From: Nitrospinales bacterium
Lineage (GTDB): Bacteria > Nitrospinota > Nitrospinia > Nitrospinales > VA-1
NCBI GenBank assembly: GCA_965223795.1
Contig: CBDCXL010000001.1
Coordinates: forward strand, 352,001 to 416,000
Direction of reading: 5' to 3'
Length of the DNA stretch: 64,000 nt
Shown: positions 11,283-20,687 of the stretch, piece by piece
How the letters are laid out: each line of letters opens with the position of its first letter
Position numbering within the stretch: position 1 is the first letter of the stretch
Translations under genes and position numbers: made by a program
Notes under the pieces: model-generated
Told to the model about the DNA's origin: nothing
Databases searched by the model: none
What the model saw: only the letters and a program-made list of their open reading frames with translations

Positions 11283-11340
11283 TGTCACCCTGAGCTTGTC
11301 GAAGGGTGCTTGACGATGCTTCGACAGGCTCAGCATGACA
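11283..11340. repeat. REP-like palindrome doublet
   Basis: TGTCACCCTGAGCTTGTCGAAG…CTTCGACAGGCTCAGCATGACA inverted pair; recurs at 8190, 32266 and 33200. Confidence 0.85.
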
Positions 11341-11397
11341 AACGGGTTTTCTATGAAAAGGTCTCACTAAGTCAGCGCCCCGCTCGGATCCCCGCCG

Positions 11398-11907
11398 GTG
11401 CTGCGTTTCCGTCCTGCTGTGCGACTCATCAAACAGATCGACCGTCTGCTGGGAAAATTCGAGGCCGTGGGCCTGACGCTGATCCTGTCCGTCATGATCG
11501 GCCTGACGTTCCTGCAGGTGATCCTGCGCAACGTGTTCAGCGGCGGCATCCTGTGGGCCGACCTGCTGGTCCGCCAGCTGGTGCTGTGGGCCGGTTTTCT
11601 CGGTGCCTCGCTGGCGGTGCGGGAGCACAAGCACATCTCGATCGATTTTCTGCCGCATTTTCTCCCGGATTCCTGGGAAAAGCCCATCCGCGCGTTCACG
11701 CACCTCGCCGCCGCCGCGGTCAGTGCGTTTCTGGCGCGGGCGGCGTTCGACTTCGTCCGCTTCGAGCAGGAAGGCGGGTCGGTGCTGTTTCTGGACATCC
11801 CGGTCTGGTGGTTTCAGACCATCCTGCCCTACGGCTTCTGCGTGATCGCCGTCCGTTTTCTCATCCAGGCGTGGGACGTCGTCTTCGCCGCCAACCCGAA
11901 AGCCTGA
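11398..11907 (+). CDS. dctQ: TRAP transporter small permease
   Basis: Four TM helices, QVILRN, GASLAVREHKHISID. Confidence 0.88.
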   Translation: MLRFRPAVRLIKQIDRLLGKFEAVGLTLILSVMIGLTFLQVILRNVFSGGILWADLLVRQLVLWAGFLGASLAVREHKHISIDFLPHFLPDSWEKPIRAFTHLAAAAVSAFLARAAFDFVRFEQEGGSVLFLDIPVWWFQTILPYGFCVIAVRFLIQAWDVVFAANPKA

Positions 11908-13182
11908 ATGACCGCCCTGCTGATAGCCTGCCTCGTCCTGCTCGCGGTGCTCGGCGTGCCGCTGTACGCGGTGATCGGGCTTGCGGCGCTGATCTCCTTC
12001 GGCCAGGCCGAGATCGACGCCGCAGGGATCTTCATCGAGCTGTACCGGGTCACCAGCAACCCGACGCTGGTGGCGATCCCGCTGTTCACGTTCGCGGGCT
12101 TCATCCTGGCGAACGGCCGGACGCCGGAGCGGCTGACGCGCCTGTCGCAGGAATTTCTCGGTGGCATCCGCGGCGGCGTGCCGCTGGTGGTGCTCACCGC
12201 CTGCGCGTTTTTCACGGCGTTCACAGGCGCGTCCGGCGTCACCATCATCGCGCTGGGAGGGCTATTGTACCCTCTGTTGCTCAAGGAAATGTACTCGAAA
12301 AATTTCTCGCTCGGGCTGATGACCTCCTCGGGCAGCCTGGGGCTTCTGTTCCCGCCGTCGATCCCGTTGATTTTGTACGGCCTGGTGGCGCAGGTCAACG
12401 TCGATCAGCTGTTTCTCGCGGGGATCGTGCCCGGCATCCTGATGATCGCGATCGTCGGGCTGTACAGCGTGTGGAAGAGCCGCAGCTTCCAGATTCCGAA
12501 ACGGCCGTTCCAGTTGTCTTCGGCGTGGCAGGCGCTGCGCGACGCGATCTGGGAGATCCCGCTGCCCTTTCTCATCCTGTTCGGCATCTACGGCGGCATC
12601 ATCACCGTGACCGAGGCGGCGGCGGTGACGGTGGTGTACGTGATCGTGGTCGAATCGCTGATCTACAGAGACCTGCATCCGTTTCAGGACCTGCCGCGCA
12701 TCCTGCGCGAGAGCATGGTGCTGGTGGGCGCGATCCTCATCATCCTGGGCACGGCGATGGGCTTCACCAGCTACCTGATCGACGAGCAGGTGCCGATGCA
12801 GCTTCTGGACACGATGAAGCAGTACATCGACAACCCGGTGACCTTTCTCATCGTGCTCAATGTGTTCCTGCTGGTCGTGGGCTGCATGATGGATATCTTT
12901 TCGGCGCTCATCGTGGTGGTGCCGCTGATCGTTCCCATCGCCAAGAGCTTCGATGTGAACATGGTGCACCTGGGGATCATCTTCCTCACCAACCTGGAGA
13001 TCGGCTACTCGACGCCGCCGGTGGGGATCAATCTGTTCATCGCCAGCTCCCGCTTCGAGGAGCCCATCGTGAAACTGTACCGCGCCGCCCTTCCCTTCCT
13101 CGGCCTGAGGCTCATCGGGCTGCTTCTGATCACGTATTTTCCCTTCCTCAGCCTGTTCCTGGTGGATTGGGCGAACCGTTAG
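11908..13182 (+). CDS. dctM: TRAP transporter large permease
   Basis: LVAIPLFTFAG, GSLGLLFPPSIPLILYG, TPPVGINLF. Confidence 0.93.
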   Translation: MTALLIACLVLLAVLGVPLYAVIGLAALISFGQAEIDAAGIFIELYRVTSNPTLVAIPLFTFAGFILANGRTPERLTRLSQEFLGGIRGGVPLVVLTACAFFTAFTGASGVTIIALGGLLYPLLLKEMYSKNFSLGLMTSSGSLGLLFPPSIPLILYGLVAQVNVDQLFLAGIVPGILMIAIVGLYSVWKSRSFQIPKRPFQLSSAWQALRDAIWEIPLPFLILFGIYGGIITVTEAAAVTVVYVIVVESLIYRDLHPFQDLPRILRESMVLVGAILIILGTAMGFTSYLIDEQVPMQLLDTMKQYIDNPVTFLIVLNVFLLVVGCMMDIFSALIVVVPLIVPIAKSFDVNMVHLGIIFLTNLEIGYSTPPVGINLFIASSRFEEPIVKLYRAALPFLGLRLIGLLLITYFPFLSLFLVDWANR

Positions 13183-13298
13183 TCCCGGTTTATCAAGGCC
13201 GATTTATTTAAATTTGACAAGTCCCGCCGCGCTCTTCACAATGGGGAACTCACCCGAAACCGCTTGTAAAATCAAGAAGATGGAGAGTTCTCCCCGCT

Positions 13299-14207
13299 AT
13301 GGACCGACGCACGTTTCTAAAGACCGTCACTGGATTGACCATGGGCCTCGCCGGTGCGCATCTGGCCCTGCCCTATAAGGCGAAAGCCGGAATCGTCTCG
13401 CCGCTGACGGACTTTGTCGCGCAGCATTATTTGGATGGCCGAATCCGTAAAAATATCTTAAAATTGAAAGCGCAAAATCCGGATCTGAAAGTGGGAGACA
13501 CGCACTGTCATTCCACGTTTTCGGACGGGCATTTCCCGGTGGACGCCATTGTCAAACGCGCTTCGAAACTGGGGCTGGATTACCTGGTCATCTCCGAGCA
13601 CCTGATGGCGGACATGTATCCGCTGGAAGCGACGCTCGCCTCCATCCGCGAGCGCTGGCGCTGCGTGCAGGAATGGGAGCACGCGGACGTGGCTCCGGTG
13701 AAGGTGTACCCGGCGTTTGAGATCAGCACCCGCGAGGGGCACCTGATCCTGGTGCTGGACGAATATTACCTGCACCCGGACCGGCACGGCGAGCTTCGGA
13801 CTCAATTCAAGGCGTTCGACAAAAAGATCGAGCCGGTGGACAAGGCCGCGCAACTGGCGGCGCCGTTCGGGGGCATCAGCATCATCCCGCACCCGGAGAT
13901 CGAACGCAGCTACCCGTTCGGGATTCCGGTGAATTTTGCCAAAAAGAATCTCACGGGTCTGGTGGATGGCATCGAGGATGTGTCCACCGGCCACGGATTC
14001 GCGGAAAATCATTCCGAATTTCTCGGAATGGCTTCGATCGGTTCCAGTGACGACCATTTCAACGCCCTGGTGGGCACCACGGTGACCGGTTTCGATTCGA
14101 GGCAGCACAAGGATTTCATCGCCGCGGTCAAGGCGAAGGCCACCCGGGCCATCAAGGTGGAAAACTCCATCGACCCACTCATTTCCGCGGCCAGACTGGT
14201 TTTATGA
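13299..14207 (+). CDS. Tat-exported PHP-family phosphoesterase
   Basis: MDRRTFLK twin-arginine signal; DTHCHSTFSDG, SEH, PHP, GSSDDH metal ligands. Confidence 0.8.
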   Translation: MDRRTFLKTVTGLTMGLAGAHLALPYKAKAGIVSPLTDFVAQHYLDGRIRKNILKLKAQNPDLKVGDTHCHSTFSDGHFPVDAIVKRASKLGLDYLVISEHLMADMYPLEATLASIRERWRCVQEWEHADVAPVKVYPAFEISTREGHLILVLDEYYLHPDRHGELRTQFKAFDKKIEPVDKAAQLAAPFGGISIIPHPEIERSYPFGIPVNFAKKNLTGLVDGIEDVSTGHGFAENHSEFLGMASIGSSDDHFNALVGTTVTGFDSRQHKDFIAAVKAKATRAIKVENSIDPLISAARLVL

Positions 14208-14208
14208 C

Positions 14209-14760
14209 ATGTGGAATGGTGTTCGCACCCCTCAATCCAACTCTCACCCCATCCATTTCTGCGTTGTTCCCTTTGAAGGCAATCTGACGGGCCTTGCGGC
14301 GACCGAACAGGGCCTGTTCTGCCTGGTGCGCGATCTCGCCAGCGAGCGGGAATTCCTCGATCTGCTGCATCAGAACGGCGTGCATCACGCCGTGCGCGAT
14401 GCGTCCCGGTTCACGGGCGTGATCGGGGAGCTTGAGCGGTATTTCGCCGGCACGCTGGAGGTGTTTTCCTCGCCGCTGGATCTGACGCTGGGAACGGAGT
14501 TCCAGCAGCAGGTGTGGCGGGCGCTCACAAAAATTCCCTACGGGGAGACGCGCAGCTACCGCTGGCTGGCCGAAGCGGTGGGCCGTCCGAGAGCGATGCG
14601 CGCGGTGGGCAACGCCAACGGCAAGAACCCGCTGCCCATCATCGTGCCCTGTCACCGCGTGGTGCGGGAAAACGGCGGCCTGGGCGGCTACACGTCCGGC
14701 GTTCACATCAAACGATCCCTCCTGGATCTGGAATCGGGAAAACGTGGCGCTGTATCATAG
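14209..14760 (+). CDS. ogt: Methylated-DNA-protein-cysteine methyltransferase
   Basis: GTEFQQQVW, IPYGETRSY, RAVGNANGKNP, IVPCHRV. Confidence 0.93.
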   Translation: MWNGVRTPQSNSHPIHFCVVPFEGNLTGLAATEQGLFCLVRDLASEREFLDLLHQNGVHHAVRDASRFTGVIGELERYFAGTLEVFSSPLDLTLGTEFQQQVWRALTKIPYGETRSYRWLAEAVGRPRAMRAVGNANGKNPLPIIVPCHRVVRENGGLGGYTSGVHIKRSLLDLESGKRGAVS

Positions 14761-15493
14761 CAAAGGCGTCGTCCTGAGACGGTTCAACCTGTCGGAAAAG
14801 GACAAGGTGGTGACCGTGCTGACGGAAAAGTACGGCCGCGTCAAATGCGTGGCCCGGTCGGCGCGCAAGATCAAAAGCCGGTTTTCCGCGTCGCTGGAAC
14901 CGCTGTCGTTCGTCGAAGTGGTGTTTTTCGGCAAGGAGCAGCAGGAGCTGTACAGCCTCAACCAGGCGGACATCGTGGAATCGTTCCAGACGGTGCGCGA
15001 GGATCTGTCCCGTCTCTATCTTGGAATCTATTTCTGCGAACTGATCGACGTGTTTCTGCCGGAAGCGCACCCGGAACCGCGGGCCTACGCGCTGCTCACC
15101 GATGCCCTGCATGCGCTTGCGGCGGGAGCTGGCGGCGAGCCGCTGTGCCGGCTGTTCGAGATGCGGCTGTTGTGCCTGTCGGGATTCCGCCCCGAACTCA
15201 ACCGCTGCACCGCCTGCCTGTCCGCCGTGATGAACGGCAAGGTCGGGTTCGATCCGGCGCGCAACGGCATCCTGTGCGGCGGCTGCCTGGAACCGGCCAA
15301 TCAGAGATTCACCACCGGAACGCTCAACTATCTCAAGAAACTGCTGACGCTGGAGGTGCGCAACGCCGGGCGTCTGAAATTTGCCAAGGGGATGGACGCG
15401 GACATCGAGCGGGTGACGCACCGGCAGATCCTGTCTCATCTCGGCAGGGAACTCAAGTCCTACCCGTTTGTCACTTTCCGGCAGGCGGGATGA
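14744..15493 (+). CDS. recO: DNA repair protein RecO
   Basis: GVVLRR…EKDKVVTVLT…G; Zn finger CTAC…CGGC. Confidence 0.9.
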   Translation: MALYHSKGVVLRRFNLSEKDKVVTVLTEKYGRVKCVARSARKIKSRFSASLEPLSFVEVVFFGKEQQELYSLNQADIVESFQTVREDLSRLYLGIYFCELIDVFLPEAHPEPRAYALLTDALHALAAGAGGEPLCRLFEMRLLCLSGFRPELNRCTACLSAVMNGKVGFDPARNGILCGGCLEPANQRFTTGTLNYLKKLLTLEVRNAGRLKFAKGMDADIERVTHRQILSHLGRELKSYPFVTFRQAG

Positions 15494-15507
15494 TATAAGG
15501 AGACATC

Positions 15508-15894
15508 ATGAAACGAAGCATCGTCAAAACCGATCAGGCGCCCGCGGCCATCGGCCCGTACGAGCAGGGCGTGCGCGTGGGGGATTTTCTGTTCATCTCC
15601 GGGCAGATTCCGCTCGACCCAAAGACGGGAGAATTTCTCACCGGCAGCATCGAAGCGGAAACCGAACGCACGCTGAAAAGCCTGGAAGCCATCCTCAAGG
15701 CGGGCGGGCTGACTCTCGATCACGTGGTCAAGACCACAGTTTATCTTTCGGACCTCAACGACTTCGCCCGCATGAACGCGGTCTATGAAACGTTTTTTGC
15801 GCAGAGCAAACCGGCCCGCGCCTGTGTGCAGGTGGCAGCGCTGCCCAAGGCATCGAAAATCGAGATCGACGCCATCGCCGTCGCAAAGGAGTGA
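15508..15894 (+). CDS. ridA: RidA/YjgF family enamine deaminase
   Basis: APAAIGPYEQG, SGQIPLDP, PARACVQVAALPK, EIDAIA. Confidence 0.92.
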   Translation: MKRSIVKTDQAPAAIGPYEQGVRVGDFLFISGQIPLDPKTGEFLTGSIEAETERTLKSLEAILKAGGLTLDHVVKTTVYLSDLNDFARMNAVYETFFAQSKPARACVQVAALPKASKIEIDAIAVAKE

Positions 15895-15901
15895 AGACAA
15901 G

Positions 15902-16324
15902 ATGAAATATCCCAGGAGTCCCTACGACAAAGAAGGCGGACTGGTCTATTTCCCCCGCATGCTGGACAAAATCCGGCTCAAGCTCACAGAGCAACTTGCA
16001 GACGAATACAAGCAGAAACTGGGGAGCGGTTTCGATTCCCGCTGCTGCGAATTTCTCGGAGTTGCGTACAAGGATGTGGAGGATCAGGTGAAGTGGGGCA
16101 ACAGCGATACGGAAGTGCTCAAGTGGTGCCGCTCCCACAGTGCCGGCGGCGGCAGCGACGTCGAGGCCTGGAACGATTTCATGGTGCAGCGGGGTGCGCG
16201 GGACGCGGACCCGAAGGTGGGGGAAATGCTCGCCGGGTTCAAGCGGGATTCCGGTCTGGCGGACCGGGACGATATCCTCACGTTTTTCGATTTTTTCGAA
16301 GTGGATGAAAAAAGAAAACCATGA
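15902..16324 (+). CDS. DUF5069-like protein
   Basis: PRSPYDKEGGLVYFPRMLDKIRL…G.D…FLG pattern; ATG at 15902. Confidence 0.7.
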   Translation: MKYPRSPYDKEGGLVYFPRMLDKIRLKLTEQLADEYKQKLGSGFDSRCCEFLGVAYKDVEDQVKWGNSDTEVLKWCRSHSAGGGSDVEAWNDFMVQRGARDADPKVGEMLAGFKRDSGLADRDDILTFFDFFEVDEKRKP

Positions 16325-16403
16325 CTCTTTGGCAACGTGAAAACCGCATTAACGGGAAGCCCCACTTTTTACCCACTCTACTTTTAGTCCGCACCGCAAT
16401 CCG

Positions 16404-16651
16404 ATGAGCAAGAAGAACACCGGCCAGCGAAATTTTTTCCGTTTCATGACTTTGATCGGCGTCGTGGTGATCGGCGGACTGGGCTACAGTTTCATCGGCG
16501 CGGCGCCCAACCTGAACGACGCGGAATACCACTCAGGCTCGCCGCCCGCCGAAAAATGCATGGCCTGCCACGTGCAGAACATCGAGACGGCCCCATCATG
16601 CCGCACCGGCCGATGGGCACCTGCACCCTCTGCCACCGCCCGCAGCAATAA
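16404..16651 (+). CDS. Small membrane-anchored diheme c-type cytochrome, frameshifted near 16591-16594
   Basis: TM anchor and CMACH; adding one C in the CCCC run gives [20 protein letters not shown] (second CxxCH, TAA at 16649-16651). Confidence 0.75.
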
Positions 16652-16660
16652 TCCGCGTTT

Positions 16661-18047
16661 TTAAAAATGATGCAGCGACGGTTTGCCGACGGGATACACG
16701 TTGAAACCGATGTCGAACAGTTTTTTGTGGTCGAGCAGGTTTCTGCCGTCGAATATGAAGGCGGGTTTTTCCATGCCATCGTAGATCTTCTGGTAATCCA
16801 GGTCGCGGTACTGTTTCCACTCGGTGAGCAGGGCGATGCCGTGCGCGCCCTTCGCCGCCTCGTAAGGGATCCTCGATGAAACTGGCGAATCCCTCCAACC
16901 CTTCCAGATCTTTTTTGGCGTTGGGCAGCGCATGCGGGTCGGTGATGTTGAGCAGCGCCCTCTCCTCCAATAACCGCTTGCAGATGATGATGGCGGGCGC
17001 GTCGCGCGTGTCGCCGGTGTCGGGCTTGAAGGCGAAGCCGAAGACGGCGATCTTTTTCTGCACCAGCGTGTTGAACATGGCCTGAAGAATGCGCTTGACG
17101 AAGCGTTCCATCTGATAGTCGTTGATGGAGACCACCTGTTTCCAGAACTCGGCGACCTCATCCAACTTGTAGTGCTCGCACAGGTAGACCAGGTTGAGGA
17201 TGTCCTTGCGAAAGCAGGAGCCGCCGAACCCGACGCCGGCGTTTAAGAACTTGCTGCCCACCCGGCTGTCCTTGCCCACCGCGTTGGCGACTTCCGACAC
17301 GTCGGCTTCGGTCGCTTCGCAGATGGCGGAGATGCTGTTGATGGAAGAGATGCGCTGGGCCAGAAAGGCGTTGGAGGCCAGCTTGGAAAGCTCGCTGCTC
17401 CACACGTTGGTGGTGATGAGCTTTTCCCGCGGCACCCAGTGCTGATAAATTTTCAACAGCTCGTCGCGGGCGGCGATGCCGGAGGCGCTGTCCTTGGAGC
17501 CGATCAGGATGCGGTCGGGATTTTCCATGTCCTGGATGGCGGTGCCCTCCGCCATGAATTCGGGATTGGACAGGATCTCGAAGCGGGTGTTGTTGTTGCC
17601 GGAATGCAGGATGGTGTCCAGCGTTTCCGCGGCGCGCACCGGGATGGTGCTCTTTTCGATGACGATCTTGTCGGAGCTCGAATTTTCGCGGATGCGGCGC
17701 GCGGTGTTTTCCATGAACTGCATGTCCGCCGCCTTGCCCGCGCCTTCGCCGAAGGTCTTGGTCGGTGTGTTCACGGACACGAAGATGATGTCGGCGGCGT
17801 CGATCTCCTTGTCGATGTCGGTGGAGAAAAACAGGTTCTTGCCGCGCGCCTTGAGCACGCGCTCCTTGAGGCCGGGCTCGAAAATCGGAAGCTCGTCGGA
17901 GTTCCAGGCTTTGATGCGGGGTTCGGAAATGTCCACGACGGTGACTTTGTAGTCGGGACACTGGTTGGCGATCACGGTCATGGTGGGGCCGCCCACATAA
18001 CCGGCGCCGATGCACACCACGTGCTTGTAGAAGGAATTGCCACTCAT
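16661..18047 (-). CDS. ugd: UDP-glucose 6-dehydrogenase, frameshifted near 16864
   Basis: [34 protein letters not shown]; the conserved C-terminus ([10 protein letters not shown]…TEW…FDGRN) continues in another frame. Confidence 0.9.
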
Positions 18048-18084
18048 TCTGTCTCCTTTTTCCGGTGCGGATCGTGAAACCTAC

Positions 18085-18124
18085 AAAAAAAGAGGCCCGG
18101 TCAAACCGCCGACCGGACCTCTTT
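18085..18124 (-). terminator. Rho-independent terminator after the c554 gene
   Basis: Minus strand AAAGAGGTCCGGTC-loop-GACCGGGCCTCTTTTTTT. Confidence 0.8.
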
Positions 18125-18146
18125 GTGACTCATATGCTGTGAGGCA

Positions 18147-18980
18147 TCATTTCTGGTATCTGAACTCCTTCGTCTTGGGATTGTAAGGCATTTTTTTCTT
18201 GTTGAACAAAAGCTTGTCTTTTTTGACGATGAAGTCCTCGATGAGCAGAGGCGTTTCCTCGGACTTGGCTTTCTCTTTTTTGCGGTCGTCCACTTTTTCC
18301 AGCTTCTGGTCTTCGTTGTCCTCGGTCCAGTATTTTTCGGTCGGATGCACTTTCGCTTTGCGTTCTTCGAAATTGAACTTGTACTTGTCGTGCACGTCGG
18401 GCTGGAACGGCGTCCGCTTGTGCGTGTGGCAGCGGGTGCACACGTTGGCGTAGTCCCAGCGCTGTCCGTATTTCTCGATTTCGGCTTTCGTGAAATCGCC
18501 TTTGGTGTTTTTCATGTGCACGCGGAACTGCGCTCCGCCAGCGACGGAGTGGCACATCTCGCAGCCCACTTGTTCGAGATTCGGTTCTTCCGGATCGATG
18601 GGGGAACTGATGTCCTTGCCCTTTTTGTTTTTCGTGCCCGCCGGTTTGAAGCCGCCGCTCTGCCGGTAGCCCGTGGTGTGGCAGCGCAGACAGAGCGGGT
18701 CGCTGGTGTAGTCCTTCTGCGGATCCAGCTTGACACGCTTTTTCGCCTCTTCGCGCACGCCGGGTTTCAATAGTTCGTAGGTCTTGCCGTGCGGTGATTC
18801 CTTCCAGGCCTGATAGTAAGGATCGTGGCAGCTGCCGTTGCATTTGACCGCACCTACATAGGAGGGTTTCTTGGGAATTTTCTTTTTCTTCTTTTTTCTG
18901 GCATCGGCATCGCCGGCGCCGGCCATGACAAACATGGCGGAAATCAGAATGAAGCTGAGTAACTTTAACGTCTTACTCAT
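18147..18980 (-). CDS. cycA: Tetraheme cytochrome c554 family protein
   Basis: Signal peptide; CNGSCH, CLRCH, CEMCH, CTRCH; LKPGVREEAKKRVKLDPQKDYT and TPFQPDVHDKYKFNFEE match recalled c554 segments. Confidence 0.82.
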   Translation of the reverse strand: MSKTLKLLSFILISAMFVMAGAGDADARKKKKKKIPKKPSYVGAVKCNGSCHDPYYQAWKESPHGKTYELLKPGVREEAKKRVKLDPQKDYTSDPLCLRCHTTGYRQSGGFKPAGTKNKKGKDISSPIDPEEPNLEQVGCEMCHSVAGGAQFRVHMKNTKGDFTKAEIEKYGQRWDYANVCTRCHTHKRTPFQPDVHDKYKFNFEERKAKVHPTEKYWTEDNEDQKLEKVDDRKKEKAKSEETPLLIEDFIVKKDKLLFNKKKMPYNPKTKEFRYQK

Positions 18981-19040
18981 TGTTTCCTCCCAGGTGCGGA
19001 AAAAGGAATGAAAGGCTTATTGCGTCGAAACAAAGTGGGA

Positions 19041-19069
19041 AGAATAATATAAATATGACAACGGGTCAA
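19041..19069 (-). promoter_or_regulatory. Putative sigma70 promoter for the c554 gene
   Basis: Minus strand TTGACC-17 nt-TATTCT. Confidence 0.45.
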
Positions 19070-19177
19070 GCCCGAATTCGGGTAACTTCTTGTAAATACA
19101 GGTTTCCTCAAACCAGCGCCGGAACGCCGCCGCAAAACCCGCTTCCGCAACCCCGCCTGATCGTTTAATAAATAGAT

Positions 19178-19193
19178 TGCAACATGAATGCCG
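19178..19193 (-). promoter_or_regulatory. Putative sigma54 -24/-12 promoter facing the c554 gene
   Basis: Minus strand CGGCATTCATGTTGCA with GG-N10-GC spacing. Confidence 0.45.
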
Positions 19194-19296
19194 TCCGGCA
19201 GAAAAATTTAACAGTGAGGGTTATCAATCGGTTATCATCGCCTGTTGTGGGATGCGCCTCTGGTTCGTCTCAAACTGAACCCGATTCCGTGCCGGA

Positions 19297-20343
19297 ATGA
19301 AACTGTCCGAATTTGATTTTGAACTTCCGCAGGAGCTGATCGCCCAGGAACCGGCCGATGAACGCGACGGCTCCCGGCTTCTGGTGCTCGACCGCGGCTC
19401 GGAAACCCTGTCGCATGCGGTGTTTTCCGACCTGCCCGGCTTTCTTCCCGGCCGCCCCCTCATGGTGTTCAACGACACGCGCGTGCTTCCGGCCAGGCTC
19501 ATCGGCCACTATGAAGGAAGCGGGAAAAAAGCCGAGCTGCTGCTGGTGCGGGAATGCGAAAAAGACCGCTGGGAGGCGCTGCTGAAGGGCGTGGCGAAGC
19601 TGGAACCGGGAACGCGGTTCGTATTCGGCGAAGGCGCCCTGACCGCGGTGTTCCGCGAGCGGGCGAGGGACCGGGGCGTGTTCGACCTCAACTATGAAGG
19701 GGATCTGGCGGCTGTCCTCAAGCGCATCGCCTACGCGCCGCTGCCGCCGTACATCCGGCGCTCCGGGGACGAACCGGAATCCGCGCGAAGCCGCGATCAG
19801 GACCGCTACCAGACGGTGTACGCCGCAACGGAAGGCGCGATCGCCGCGCCCACGGCGGGACTGCATTTCACGGACGCCATGCTGGACTCCCTGCGCGCGG
19901 ATCACGCCGACACGGTGTTCGTGACGCTGCACGTGGGTGTCGGCACGTTTCAGCCGGTGCGCACGGAAACCGTCACCGATCACAGGATGCAGCCGGAGTC
20001 CTTCCATGTGTCCGCACAGGCGGCGAAGAAACTGCGCGCGGCGAAACAGGCGGGGCAGCCGATCCTGGCCGTGGGCAGCACGTCCACGCGGGTGCTGGAG
20101 TCTCTGGAACTTGAAACGCTGTCAGAAGGGGAAACGTCGGGATGGACGGACCGGTTTTTGTATCCGGGTCAATCCTTCAACAACGTGGATCATCTGCTGA
20201 CAAACTTTCATCTGCCGAAATCCACGCTTTATCTGTTGGTGTGTGCGTTTGCCGGAAAGGAAACGATGGAGAGGGCGTACCGCGAGGCCATCAAAAACGG
20301 GTACCGGTTTTTCAGCTATGGAGACGCCATGTTGATCCTTTAA
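19297..20343 (+). CDS. queA: S-adenosylmethionine:tRNA ribosyltransferase-isomerase
   Basis: FDFELPQELIAQEP, FNDTRVLPARL, AAPTAGLHF, TNFHLPKST, YRFFSYGDAM. Confidence 0.96.
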   Translation: MKLSEFDFELPQELIAQEPADERDGSRLLVLDRGSETLSHAVFSDLPGFLPGRPLMVFNDTRVLPARLIGHYEGSGKKAELLLVRECEKDRWEALLKGVAKLEPGTRFVFGEGALTAVFRERARDRGVFDLNYEGDLAAVLKRIAYAPLPPYIRRSGDEPESARSRDQDRYQTVYAATEGAIAAPTAGLHFTDAMLDSLRADHADTVFVTLHVGVGTFQPVRTETVTDHRMQPESFHVSAQAAKKLRAAKQAGQPILAVGSTSTRVLESLELETLSEGETSGWTDRFLYPGQSFNNVDHLLTNFHLPKSTLYLLVCAFAGKETMERAYREAIKNGYRFFSYGDAMLIL

Positions 20344-20405
20344 CGTCAGGACCCGAGGCCATGGAGGCGGCTCCAGAGTGAATGCTCAAAGGTGCGGGAA
20401 GGGGG

Positions 20406-20687
20406 TCACCCTTCCTGGTTGACGGCCTGTTTGAAATGTTTCCCGGATTTGAAACGGACGACTTTACGCGCTGTGATTTCAGCCTCTTCACCGGTTTTGG
20501 GGTTTCTGCCCACGCGTTTGGATTTCTGCCGCACCTGGAAGGTGCCAAACCGGCGCAAAATCACAGGCTCGCCATGACCCAGCGATTCCTTGATCAGCTC
20601 AATGACAGTCTCGACAGCTTCTTCGGCTTTGGAACGGGACAGGCTTGCCCTGGAAGAAACTTGATTGATAATATCCTGCTTGGTCAT
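20406..20687 (-). CDS. hup: HU/IHF family DNA-binding protein
   Basis: MTKQDII…FGTFQVR…GRNPKTGE…VRFKSG. Confidence 0.9.
   Translation of the reverse strand: MTKQDIINQVSSRASLSRSKAEEAVETVIELIKESLGHGEPVILRRFGTFQVRQKSKRVGRNPKTGEEAEITARKVVRFKSGKHFKQAVNQEG

Noticed and set aside
11310..13211. 633-aa Arg/Gly-rich ORF overlapping the TRAP genes
   Set aside because: Alternative-frame artefact; dctQ and dctM frames carry the family motifs
16585..16870. Programmed ribosomal frameshifting in the cytochrome or ugd
   Set aside because: No slippery heptamer or stimulatory structure seen; sequencing error is more parsimonious
18147..18980. c554 plus nirK as evidence for ammonia oxidation
   Set aside because: No amo, hao or cycB in the window; both genes occur outside ammonia oxidisers
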